Origin: an uncultured Gemmatimonadaceae bacterium
GTDB lineage: Bacteria > Gemmatimonadota > Gemmatimonadetes > Gemmatimonadales > Gemmatimonadaceae
DNA: 64,000 nucleotides
Reading direction: 5' to 3'
Assembly (NCBI GenBank): GCA_963781585.1
Contig: CAWAGQ010000006.1
Location: forward strand, 320,001 to 384,000
The position numbers were made by a program, and so were the translations under genes. Shown piece after piece: positions 21,434 through 30,137 of this stretch. Positions within the stretch are counted from its first letter, which is position 1. The number at the start of each line of letters is the position of its first letter. Under the pieces are notes generated by a model that searched no databases, was not told where the DNA came from, and saw only the letters and a list, made by a program, of their open reading frames with translations.

Positions 21434-24400
21434 ATGTTGAAGCGCATGATCTCACTCGCGTCGCGGTCTCGCGCCGCACTCGCTCTCACCTCCCTCCTGG
21501 TCGCCGGAGCGGCGGTGCCGATCAAGCCCGACCTCCTCTCGGGACTGGTCTGGCGCAACGTCGGCCCGTTTCGCGGCGGACGCATCTCCGCGGCGTCAGG
21601 CGTGATCGGCGAACCCGGCACGTACTATGTCGGCACGCCAGCCGGCGGCGTCTGGAAGACCACGAGTGCGGGCCAGGTCTGGTACCCGGTGTTCGACAGA
21701 GTGAAAGACGTGTCGTCGATCGGCTCGATCGAGGTGGCGCCCTCAAACGGCAACGTCATCTACGTGGGTACGGGAGACCAGGTCACCGGTGGCGTCATCA
21801 ATGAAGGCAACGGCGTCTACAAGTCCACCGACGCGGGCGCGACATGGACGCACATGGGCCTCGATTCCAGCAAGCAGATTCCATCCATTGTCGTGGACCC
21901 GCGCAACCCGGATGTGGTCCTGGTTGCCGCGCAGGGCGACCTGCACGCGAAGAGTGACACGCGCGGCGTGTATCGCTCCACCGACGGCGGCGTGACCTGG
22001 ACCAAGACGCTGTTTGTCGCCGATACGATCGGAGTGCAGAAGATCGCGATCGCGTACGACCGACCCGATGTCGTCTTCGCGACGACGATGCGCCACTACA
22101 CCGCACCGCCGCCACCCTCCGGCATCACACCGCCGCCTGCGGGTGGTGGAGGCGGTGGTCGGGGTGGGCGCGGCGGAGCCACCGGACCCACCGGCACGTC
22201 GGTCTACAAGTCCACCGACGGCGGCGTTACATGGAAGGAGCTTATGGGCGGCAGCCTGCCACGCCTCTCGGCCAGCCGCACGTCCATCGCGGTCGCGATG
22301 AATACCGATGCACGCCGCGTGTACCTCATCGACAACGGCGGGCTCCATCGCTCCGATGACGGCGGCGCGACGTGGCGCCAGATGGATCCCACGGACCAGC
22401 GCATCCGCAACGGTCAGGGCGGCTACAACTGCGGCGTGTTCGTGGACCCGACGAATCCCGACGTCGTGTACACCTTCAATACCGCGAGCTACAAGTCGAC
22501 CGACGGCGGCAACACGTTCACCGGATTCCGCGGCGCGCCGGGCGGCGACGATCCGCAGGCGCACTGGATCGATCCCACCAACGGGCAGCGCATTCTGCTC
22601 GGCTACGACCAGGGCGCCATCGTCACCTTCGACGGCGGGCGGAACTGGAGCGACTGGTACAACCAGTCCACCGAGCAGGTCTATCACATCTCCGTCGACA
22701 ACTCGTTCCCGTACTGGATCTACGCCACACAGCAGGATGCGGGCGCCATCCGCCAGCGCAGTCGCGGCGACCTCGGTGAGATCACGCCGCTCGACTGGGG
22801 CCCGGTGAACGGATGGGAGTGGGGGACGATCGTCGCCGACCCGCTCAACTCCAACATCGTGTATGCGAGCGGCTCCGGCATCGTGAAGATCAGCTATCCA
22901 TCGGCACAGTGGATCAACGTGAGCCCGACCGCGGACCCCGGCCTGCGGGCGCGCAGCACCTCGTCGATGCCGCTGGTCTGGGCGCCGTGGAATCAGCACG
23001 AGCTCATCGCCGGCTTCCAGTTCGTCATGTCCACGGTCGACGGCGGCGCGCACTGGACGAAGATCAGCCCTGACCTCGGCTATCCGAAGGGGATGAGTCC
23101 GCCGCCTGATTCCGCGCCACCGACCCCTGGCGGATTTCCTGCGGGGGCCATCGAGACCCTTGCCGCGTCGCCGGTGGGGCGCGGGACGATCTGGGCAGGA
23201 CTCAACAACGGACTGATCAAGGTGACAGGGGACGAGGGAAAAACGTGGGACGATGTGTCGATCCCCGACCTGCCCTTTGCCGCGCGCGCCCTCGTCGAGG
23301 GACTGGATACGTCGCCCACAATGGCGGGCGAGGCGTACGCAGCGATCGACCTGCTGCGGACCGGCGACTTCGCCCCCTACCTGTTCCGCACCAGGGACTT
23401 CGGCAAGACGTGGACGAAGATCACGAACGGCCTGCGCACCGGAGAGGCAGCCGGGAGTTCGGTGCGCGTGGTGCGTGCCGATCCCCGACACACCGGGCTG
23501 CTCTACGCCGGCACCGAGACCGGGATGTACGTGTCGTTCGACGACGGCGACAGCTGGCAGTCGCTGAGCCTCAACCTGCCTAACACCTCGTATCGCGCGA
23601 TCGCGTTCCAGGGGAACGACGTGATCGTCGGCACGTACGGACGCGGCATCTGGATCCTCGACGACGCGGCGGTGCTGCGTCAGATGACGCCGGCGATCGC
23701 CAGCGAGCCGGTGCACCTCTTCAGGCCCGACCCATCGGTACGCGTGCGCCGCAACGTGAACGCCGACACACCGTTTCAACCCGACGTCCCGTACGCGCTC
23801 AACCCGCCCGACGGCATGGTCATCTACTATTGGCTCGGGTCGAAGCCTTCGGGCGACATCACACTCGACGTCGTCGATGCCGACGGTGCGGTGGTCAGGC
23901 ACTACTCGAGCGCGCCGATCACGCCCGTTGCCGAAGCCGCGAAGCCGCCATTCCCGAACTTCTGGCTTGCGCCGCCGAGCCCATTGCCCACGCGCATGGG
24001 GACCAATCGGGTGAGCTGGGATTTCCGTTACGATGATCCTCCGGCGTTCACCCATTCCTTCGAGATCAACGCGAACCCCGGTCAGACTCCCGCGGCGCCG
24101 CAGGGCGCATTCGCGCCGCCCGGCACGTACACCATCCGGCTCACGGTGCAGGGCAAGACGTACTCCGAGACCGCGACGGTCGCCAACGATCCGCGCTCAC
24201 CGGCATCCGCCGCAGAGCTGCGTGCCCAGTCGGCGCTGACGCGCAAGCTCCAGGTGGACGTGACGGCGGCGTGGCAGGCCTACCATCAGGTGGAGGCGAT
24301 GCGGACCGCGCTCGACAGTGTGATGCCGAAGGACACGGCATCGGAGTTGGCGCGCGCGATCAAATCCTTCCGCGCCGAGGTCGACAGCGTGGGTGGAAGG

Positions 24401-24694
24401 GCCGGCGGCGGGCGCGGCTTCGGCGGCCGCGGTGGCGGGCCTCCGCCGACGCCGAACTTCGCCGCCGCGCACAGCCGCCTGCTCGGCGAACTTACCGCGC
24501 AGGAGAACGGTGACTTCGCACCGACCGCGAGTGTGTTGAAAGGATTTGCCGCAGCCTGCGCCGATCTCGGAACGGCCGTTGCGGACTGGCAGGCGATCAA
24601 CGGCAACTACCTCGATGCGCTCAACGCGGTGCTCGCGAAGAACGGAATGAAGTCCGTGCCGCGCGCAGTGCGGGCGATCCATCGGGAATGTTGA
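21434..24694 (+). CDS. Secreted BNR/Asp-box (VPS10/sortilin-like, putative glycosyl hydrolase) protein
   Basis: Signal peptide; WRNVGPFRGGR; repeated (K/R)STDGGxTW Asp-boxes; GTYGRGIWILDD. Confidence 0.88.
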   Translation: MLKRMISLASRSRAALALTSLLVAGAAVPIKPDLLSGLVWRNVGPFRGGRISAASGVIGEPGTYYVGTPAGGVWKTTSAGQVWYPVFDRVKDVSSIGSIEVAPSNGNVIYVGTGDQVTGGVINEGNGVYKSTDAGATWTHMGLDSSKQIPSIVVDPRNPDVVLVAAQGDLHAKSDTRGVYRSTDGGVTWTKTLFVADTIGVQKIAIAYDRPDVVFATTMRHYTAPPPPSGITPPPAGGGGGGRGGRGGATGPTGTSVYKSTDGGVTWKELMGGSLPRLSASRTSIAVAMNTDARRVYLIDNGGLHRSDDGGATWRQMDPTDQRIRNGQGGYNCGVFVDPTNPDVVYTFNTASYKSTDGGNTFTGFRGAPGGDDPQAHWIDPTNGQRILLGYDQGAIVTFDGGRNWSDWYNQSTEQVYHISVDNSFPYWIYATQQDAGAIRQRSRGDLGEITPLDWGPVNGWEWGTIVADPLNSNIVYASGSGIVKISYPSAQWINVSPTADPGLRARSTSSMPLVWAPWNQHELIAGFQFVMSTVDGGAHWTKISPDLGYPKGMSPPPDSAPPTPGGFPAGAIETLAASPVGRGTIWAGLNNGLIKVTGDEGKTWDDVSIPDLPFAARALVEGLDTSPTMAGEAYAAIDLLRTGDFAPYLFRTRDFGKTWTKITNGLRTGEAAGSSVRVVRADPRHTGLLYAGTETGMYVSFDDGDSWQSLSLNLPNTSYRAIAFQGNDVIVGTYGRGIWILDDAAVLRQMTPAIASEPVHLFRPDPSVRVRRNVNADTPFQPDVPYALNPPDGMVIYYWLGSKPSGDITLDVVDADGAVVRHYSSAPITPVAEAAKPPFPNFWLAPPSPLPTRMGTNRVSWDFRYDDPPAFTHSFEINANPGQTPAAPQGAFAPPGTYTIRLTVQGKTYSETATVANDPRSPASAAELRAQSALTRKLQVDVTAAWQAYHQVEAMRTALDSVMPKDTASELARAIKSFRAEVDSVGGRAGGGRGFGGRGGGPPPTPNFAAAHSRLLGELTAQENGDFAPTASVLKGFAAACADLGTAVADWQAINGNYLDALNAVLAKNGMKSVPRAVRAIHREC

Positions 24695-24824
24695 ATGGCT
24701 GTGTTCGCCGGAATTGCTTGCGCTGCGACCTAGCGCAAACAGATTCCGACCGGCGGGACGGCTACCGTTGGCTCCCTCCACAACCGTCAGCAGACCTTCT
24801 CGTGCCCGAGCCGGAGTGACTCAA

Positions 24825-25304
24825 ATGGCAACCAACCAGGCGCCGATCACCAACCCCGCGGACTTTCTCAAACTGTCCGGCGACAAGCTCGACGAAATCT
24901 TCCGCGCGAGTCCTGCTGGTGAGATCCCGACCGGCGAGGGAGAGGGCACGGCCATCATCGCCCCCGGCCACGAGGTGTCGGACGCGATCGCGAAATTCGT
25001 TCACATCTTCACCTGGAAGGGGAAAGTCTTCGAGCGCGATCCCGCGAACCCGGCGCGTGGCTGGCTGAAGAACCGCCTGTTGCTGCTCGGTCATCAGGCG
25101 ATCGTCGCCGAAGTGTTCAAGGGGCCGAGCTGGCTCGATGAGAAGGAGTGCATCGTGCTCGACTACTCGCACACGTCGATCGTCGCGCAGTGGATCCGCG
25201 ACGAGATTCGCCAGGTGAGCCCGGGCGTCTTCCTGGGGATCGTGTACTGGGGGAAGGAAAAACCGCACGCGCACCGGCTCATCCACTTCGCGCTGAGGTT
25301 CTGA
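24825..25304 (+). CDS. Conserved hypothetical protein (WxGK-motif small beta-rich protein)
   Basis: GGAG RBS; LDEIFRAS...WKGKVF...SWLDEKECIVLDYS...IRDEIRQVSPGVFLG; convergent with the heme-enzyme operon. Confidence 0.78.
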   Translation: MATNQAPITNPADFLKLSGDKLDEIFRASPAGEIPTGEGEGTAIIAPGHEVSDAIAKFVHIFTWKGKVFERDPANPARGWLKNRLLLLGHQAIVAEVFKGPSWLDEKECIVLDYSHTSIVAQWIRDEIRQVSPGVFLGIVYWGKEKPHAHRLIHFALRF

Positions 25305-25332
25305 GCGGCAGCATCCGATCCAGGTTCGAACG

Positions 25333-27312
25333 CTATTCCATGGCGAATATCAGAATCCCGTTCGCCGGAATGTTCACCGTGCCCGAACATTGGAGCCCGT
25401 GCATCGGGCGGCCGGTCGCTTCGATCGCGCCGAGATTCCCCACCATCTGCCGGTTCGGCCGCATATCGTAGTAGTCACTGTTCAGCGCCTCGCGCCACCG
25501 GCCGGGACGCGGAAAGCCGAGCTCGTACCGCCAATACGCCGTTTCGCTCAGGCTCGCCACCACCACCACGTCTTCGCCCGCACCCTCCACCCACCGGTGA
25601 AAGGCGAGGACGCGGTTGTCGTTGTGGACGTGAAACGGGTTGACGAGGTCCGAGCGAAGCGCACCAAGCGATCGCCGCGTTCGCACCAGGTCACCGGCAA
25701 ACGCGAGGAAGTCGCGCATCACGGCGTCCACGTCGAGGCCGTCCCACCATACCAGCGTCCCGGGCGCCGCCTCCGGGTTGTCGCTCCAATACTTGTCCTC
25801 GAGGATCTCCTCGCCCATGAACAGCATCGGAATGCCGGGCGCCGACAGCAGCAGACCGGTGGCCACGCGCGCCCGGCTCCGCGCATACCAGCTCCGCGGA
25901 TTGCCTCCATCGGCCAGCCGCGATACTCGCGGCTCGCGGTCTGCGTGGTCGAGGAGCAGGATGTCGTGATTCTCCAGGAACTGTACGGCTCGCCACGCGT
26001 CGGAGAAACCGGGTGGCGCGAGCAGGGCGCCGGCCACCGCATCGAGATCCACCGGCGCCGATGCTCCGTGGGCCGCGGCGCCGACCGCGGCACGCACGCT
26101 TCGCCTGAGCCGATCGGACCACGCAGCGTCGAAGCCAAGCCCGGTGGGAACCGGCTGCACCGCCAGCCAGCGCGAGTCCTTCCAGTATTCCGCGATCTGA
26201 ATGGCCTCCGGCTTCGCCGCGCGAACGCGGCTCGACAGCTCCTGCGCGAAGGTCCAGCCGCCGAAGTCGTCGATCACACTCACCTCGTCGTAACGCAGGC
26301 CGTCGACGTGATACTCGTCGAGGAGGAAAGTCGCGTTGTCCCCGAGAAAGCCGCGCACGCCTGCGTTCCAGAACGCGAACACCAGTCCCCCCGCCCATCC
26401 CTCGTCGGTGAAGAAGAGACTCTCGTTGTTCGACCCGAACGGTCGGCGATCGTAGAAGTAGATGCTGTGATCATCAAACCCGCCGCCGGCATGGTTGTAC
26501 ACAACGTCGCAAATCACCGCCATGCCATTGAGGTGGCACAGGTCGACGACGCACTTGAGCTGATTGGTTGCCGAAGTGATGTCGCCAACAGAGAGCGCGG
26601 GACGGCCATGCTGGCCGAGCAGCCGATTGGCTTCGTGCAGGTAGCGCAGGAGCTCATCCGCGTCACCCACGTGATAGTCCGTCTCCGGCGAGAAGTAGTC
26701 CGTCCCGTTGTATCCCTGACTGAACATCGACGGGAATTCCTGAATCGGCAGCGGCTGAACGGCATTCACGCCCAGATCGCGCAGATACTCGATGCGAAAA
26801 AGGAGGTCGAGGAACCTGCCTCGTCGCGTCTCACGCTGATCTTGTCCAGCGGCATCCGCGGCGTAATAGGTGCCGACGTGCAACTGGTAAACCACCAGAT
26901 CGCGAAACGCCGGCACCCGAAAGCCGTCGTCATGCCAGGGGTAGTCGTTCGACGGCCGTACCAGGCAGTCGCAATCGGGAAACGCCGGGACAGTGCCGAG
27001 CTCCCGCGCATACGGGTCTCGCTTGAAGCCGGTGCTGCCTTCACCGACAATCCAGTACCGGTAGGGTGTGCCGTTCGCGACGCCCGGAACAAATCCCGCC
27101 CACGAGCCGTCGGCGCGGCGGACGAGCAGATCCGCGGCCGCGGGCGCCCACCCCGGTTGTCGCGCTGCCGCCAGCGCGTCGGTGATCACGTAGACCTCGC
27201 GCGCCGATGGCGCCCAGGTTCGAAACGTCGCGCCGCCGTCTCGCAGCGTCGCCCCCATCGGGGTGTGATCGTCCACGTGCTCCTGGGTCACGGCCATGGT
27301 CAATCGTTTCAT
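25333..27312 (-). CDS. GH13 alpha-amylase family enzyme with CBM48 (branching enzyme/malto-oligosyltrehalose trehalohydrolase-like)
   Basis: FRTWAPSA, DPYAR, DVVYNH, DGLRYDEV (nucleophile), IAEYW (acid/base), FLENHD, PMLFMGEE. Start 27312 or 27297. Confidence 0.88.
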   Translation of the reverse strand: MKRLTMAVTQEHVDDHTPMGATLRDGGATFRTWAPSAREVYVITDALAAARQPGWAPAAADLLVRRADGSWAGFVPGVANGTPYRYWIVGEGSTGFKRDPYARELGTVPAFPDCDCLVRPSNDYPWHDDGFRVPAFRDLVVYQLHVGTYYAADAAGQDQRETRRGRFLDLLFRIEYLRDLGVNAVQPLPIQEFPSMFSQGYNGTDYFSPETDYHVGDADELLRYLHEANRLLGQHGRPALSVGDITSATNQLKCVVDLCHLNGMAVICDVVYNHAGGGFDDHSIYFYDRRPFGSNNESLFFTDEGWAGGLVFAFWNAGVRGFLGDNATFLLDEYHVDGLRYDEVSVIDDFGGWTFAQELSSRVRAAKPEAIQIAEYWKDSRWLAVQPVPTGLGFDAAWSDRLRRSVRAAVGAAAHGASAPVDLDAVAGALLAPPGFSDAWRAVQFLENHDILLLDHADREPRVSRLADGGNPRSWYARSRARVATGLLLSAPGIPMLFMGEEILEDKYWSDNPEAAPGTLVWWDGLDVDAVMRDFLAFAGDLVRTRRSLGALRSDLVNPFHVHNDNRVLAFHRWVEGAGEDVVVVASLSETAYWRYELGFPRPGRWREALNSDYYDMRPNRQMVGNLGAIEATGRPMHGLQCSGTVNIPANGILIFAME

Positions 27313-27322
27313 CCGGTTCCCG

Positions 27323-28834
27323 TCAGGCGCCGCGCTCGGTCGCGAAGAACCGCAGCGCCCGAAGTCCCGGCAGGAAGAAGTACGCGCCGCCGCGTACCGT
27401 GATGAATTGCGGGAGGCCGCTCACGCGGCGTGGCGCCGCGCCGTCCTGTGGCATCGTAAAGTCGGCGGTCACCGGACATCCTGGAACCGGGGTACGCCCA
27501 CCCAGCAGCGGATCGCTCTCTCCGCTCATTCCGGCGAACTTGGTGTTCATGATCCACGCGTTCTGCAGAAATTCGAACTGACGCGAGATGTTCGCGTTGA
27601 GGCAGACGAAATACAGTCCGCGCTCGGGATCCGACCCTGACGCGGGGGCAAGCGCCTCAGCGGGAGTGAGTCCGGCTCCATACTCGCGGCCGCGCCGCAG
27701 CAGACGATGGTAACGCACCGATGACGTCAGGTCGTCGTAGAACACCTGCCGGCCGAGACCGAGCATCGCCCGCAGCTTCGCCAGCCCGCTCGGATGACCC
27801 GGGAGATCGGTGTTGCGAGGATTCGCTCTCCGGACGTGCGCGCCGAACGGACAGCCGGTGCCCGCCGGATCCCCGTCGAACGTGAACTGATTGAGCCGGA
27901 TCGCATCGGGTTTGGTGCCGATGCCGGGAATCGGCTGCTCCTGAACCGGCACGAGCGGCTCGCCCGCCCGGGTACGCCCCACGAACGCCGCCGCGAGCTG
28001 GTCGGCGCGCTCGAAATTGCCACCGCTCTGCTGAGCGACGAACTGCCAGAACCCCCGCACGTCCTGCCGGAGCTGGCGCATAACGAGATACGTCCCGTTG
28101 CGGCCGACGTCCTTCTGTGACGGCGCGTCCTGGGCGGAGAGCAGATCGGCGGCCGCCGGATCGGCATCGACGACTGGTCGATCGGTGTACTTGCCGTATT
28201 CATTGCGATAGCCGAGCAGAAACTCTCCGAGCGCGACGACGTTGGTGTAGTCGAGCTGCGCGCGGAGGGGATCCCGCGCCTGCTGCCAGTCGATCTCGGG
28301 CTGGCTGATTCCGTCACTGAAGCCGAACGGCTCGAGCCCACCGAGATCGCCGGTGTCCAGCCGGCGCAGCAGGTCGAACGCATCGGTCCAGGTGCTTCCC
28401 TGCGCGCGATGCATGAACGCGTCGACGCCACCATTCCCTGGCTCGGCGAAGAACATCACGACCAGGTGCGGCACTCGCGATTGGCCGCCCGCCCCCCACT
28501 CCCACCGGGCCGGCGCATTGCTCCCGACGTCGCCCAGCCGGCGCGCGCGATTGTCCGCCGCCATCCCGCCGAGAAACTCGGCGGAGAAGCCGCCAACTAC
28601 GGACCAGGGTACGCCGAGCGCCTGCAGCCCCGCCGCGGTGAGCGCGACCTGCAACGCTGTCGATGGCGGGGGAGTCACCGTCACCGCGCTGGTGACCGGA
28701 GCGGATCTGAGCCATGCGCGCGCGGCCGCCGGATTCCTGACACGCGCCAGCAGGTACGCGGCCTGGGTCAGCTTCCCGTGGCCGAAGCGCACGATGCCCT
28801 GCACGTCGGCAAAGTCCAGGTCGCCGCGCGTCAC
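27323..28834 (-). CDS. DyP-type peroxidase
   Basis: DVQG, EPFGFSDGISQP (GxxDG), CPFGAHVRRANPR (proximal His), LLRRGREYG, GLYF...ISRQFEFLQ; GTG overlaps the upstream stop. Confidence 0.92.
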   Translation of the reverse strand: MTRGDLDFADVQGIVRFGHGKLTQAAYLLARVRNPAAARAWLRSAPVTSAVTVTPPPSTALQVALTAAGLQALGVPWSVVGGFSAEFLGGMAADNRARRLGDVGSNAPARWEWGAGGQSRVPHLVVMFFAEPGNGGVDAFMHRAQGSTWTDAFDLLRRLDTGDLGGLEPFGFSDGISQPEIDWQQARDPLRAQLDYTNVVALGEFLLGYRNEYGKYTDRPVVDADPAAADLLSAQDAPSQKDVGRNGTYLVMRQLRQDVRGFWQFVAQQSGGNFERADQLAAAFVGRTRAGEPLVPVQEQPIPGIGTKPDAIRLNQFTFDGDPAGTGCPFGAHVRRANPRNTDLPGHPSGLAKLRAMLGLGRQVFYDDLTSSVRYHRLLRRGREYGAGLTPAEALAPASGSDPERGLYFVCLNANISRQFEFLQNAWIMNTKFAGMSGESDPLLGGRTPVPGCPVTADFTMPQDGAAPRRVSGLPQFITVRGGAYFFLPGLRALRFFATERGA

Positions 28835-30132
28835 AGGAGCGCCACCCATGCGCGCGCCTCGGCCTCGCTCAGCGCCGGCGATTCCAGCCCGCGGCGAATT
28901 CCGCCGTTCCGTTCCAGGTCGACCGCCGTCATCCCCGGATACGCCTTGTACCAGACCTGGGTCGGCACCTGATGGCGGCGCAGGTACTCCTTGAACTTGC
29001 GCTCGTCGCTGCACCCGTCGAGCAGCAGCCACCTGGTTCGCGGGTATCCGATGCCTCCGCTGAACGCGATGTTGAGCCCGTACCCGACCTTGTTGATGAA
29101 GTCGTCCATGTAGCTCTCGAGGCTTCCGTCGTAGTTGCTGAAGAACACCGCGCGCTTCCTGCCGTCGAGAAAGACCCAGCGCGCGAAGTGGATCGTCCGC
29201 ACCCGGGCCAGCCCGCCGTGGGTGAAGACGTGGCGGGCCGCGTAATCGATCAGGAAGAACGCGGCGATCGCCATCCAGAGTCGCGCGATCCCGGGCTTCA
29301 GGCTCCCCATCGCCGTGAACTGATTGGTGACGTCGTGATCCTCCAGATCGGCCAGATCATCCGAGTATTGCATGTCGACGCGGGAACAGAGCTCCGGATC
29401 CGTCCGCTCCAGCGATCGCAGACGAAGGAGCGTGACGATCGCCACCGGTATGAGGACCGGAGACGCGATCAGCAGCGCCACCGGGACGCCGATCAGGTGC
29501 ATCAGGTTGCGCACACGCCAGCCAGCCGGCGTTGGTTCGTCTGGTGAGAGGCTGAGGCGTCCGGCTGCGCGCTCACCGTTGACGTACTGCCGGAGCGCCG
29601 CGTGGATCGCCGTCGCCGGCAGTCCGGCCAGCGTTTGCGCGTTGCTTTCCACGAAGCGGTCGATGGCCGCGCGCAGCGCGGCTTCCTCACGGACCCGGCG
29701 CACCGTTCGGCCGACCCAATTCACATAGTTGGCCGCCGACGGCACGGTGTGCGCCCGCATCCACCGCAACAGATCGGTGTCGGGCGTGAATCCCTCGCAG
29801 CACGCGAACAGCGAGCGCAATCCATCGGGCGCCACCCGGGCGGCCTGTCGCAGAAACGCATCGGCCTCGCCGTCGATGTCGCCGAGGAACGCGAGGTACA
29901 ACGGATAGGAGGCCGGGGTCAGACCGTGCGCGCGCACGTCGTCGACCGTCCGGTCGTCGATGATCAGGAATCGCGCGACGTGCACGGTGTCGAACTTCGC
30001 GAACGGCACCAGCCCGTTGTCCGGGTTCACGGATCCCGGCCCGTCGTTCATCGACGCCAGCAGCTGGCGAAGGGCCGCCTCGCGCCGCGGATCGATCGGC
30101 GCCAGCACCATGAACTGCGATTGCGGAGTCAT
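28831..30132 (-). CDS. Uncharacterised membrane-associated protein with internally duplicated H-x-A-R domains
   Basis: TVHVARF...FLGDIDG and TIHFARW...FFSNYDG, separated by a hydrophobic segment; ATG 30132 lies 5 nt after the catalase-like stop. Confidence 0.8.
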   Translation of the reverse strand: MTPQSQFMVLAPIDPRREAALRQLLASMNDGPGSVNPDNGLVPFAKFDTVHVARFLIIDDRTVDDVRAHGLTPASYPLYLAFLGDIDGEADAFLRQAARVAPDGLRSLFACCEGFTPDTDLLRWMRAHTVPSAANYVNWVGRTVRRVREEAALRAAIDRFVESNAQTLAGLPATAIHAALRQYVNGERAAGRLSLSPDEPTPAGWRVRNLMHLIGVPVALLIASPVLIPVAIVTLLRLRSLERTDPELCSRVDMQYSDDLADLEDHDVTNQFTAMGSLKPGIARLWMAIAAFFLIDYAARHVFTHGGLARVRTIHFARWVFLDGRKRAVFFSNYDGSLESYMDDFINKVGYGLNIAFSGGIGYPRTRWLLLDGCSDERKFKEYLRRHQVPTQVWYKAYPGMTAVDLERNGGIRRGLESPALSEAEARAWVALL

Positions 30133-30137
30133 CGCCG

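Noticed and set aside
25390..27402. 670-aa plus-strand ORF (likewise 21743..24055, 12432..14174, 40433..42121)
   Set aside because: Antisense to well-supported genes, with Arg/Val/His-rich shadow composition.
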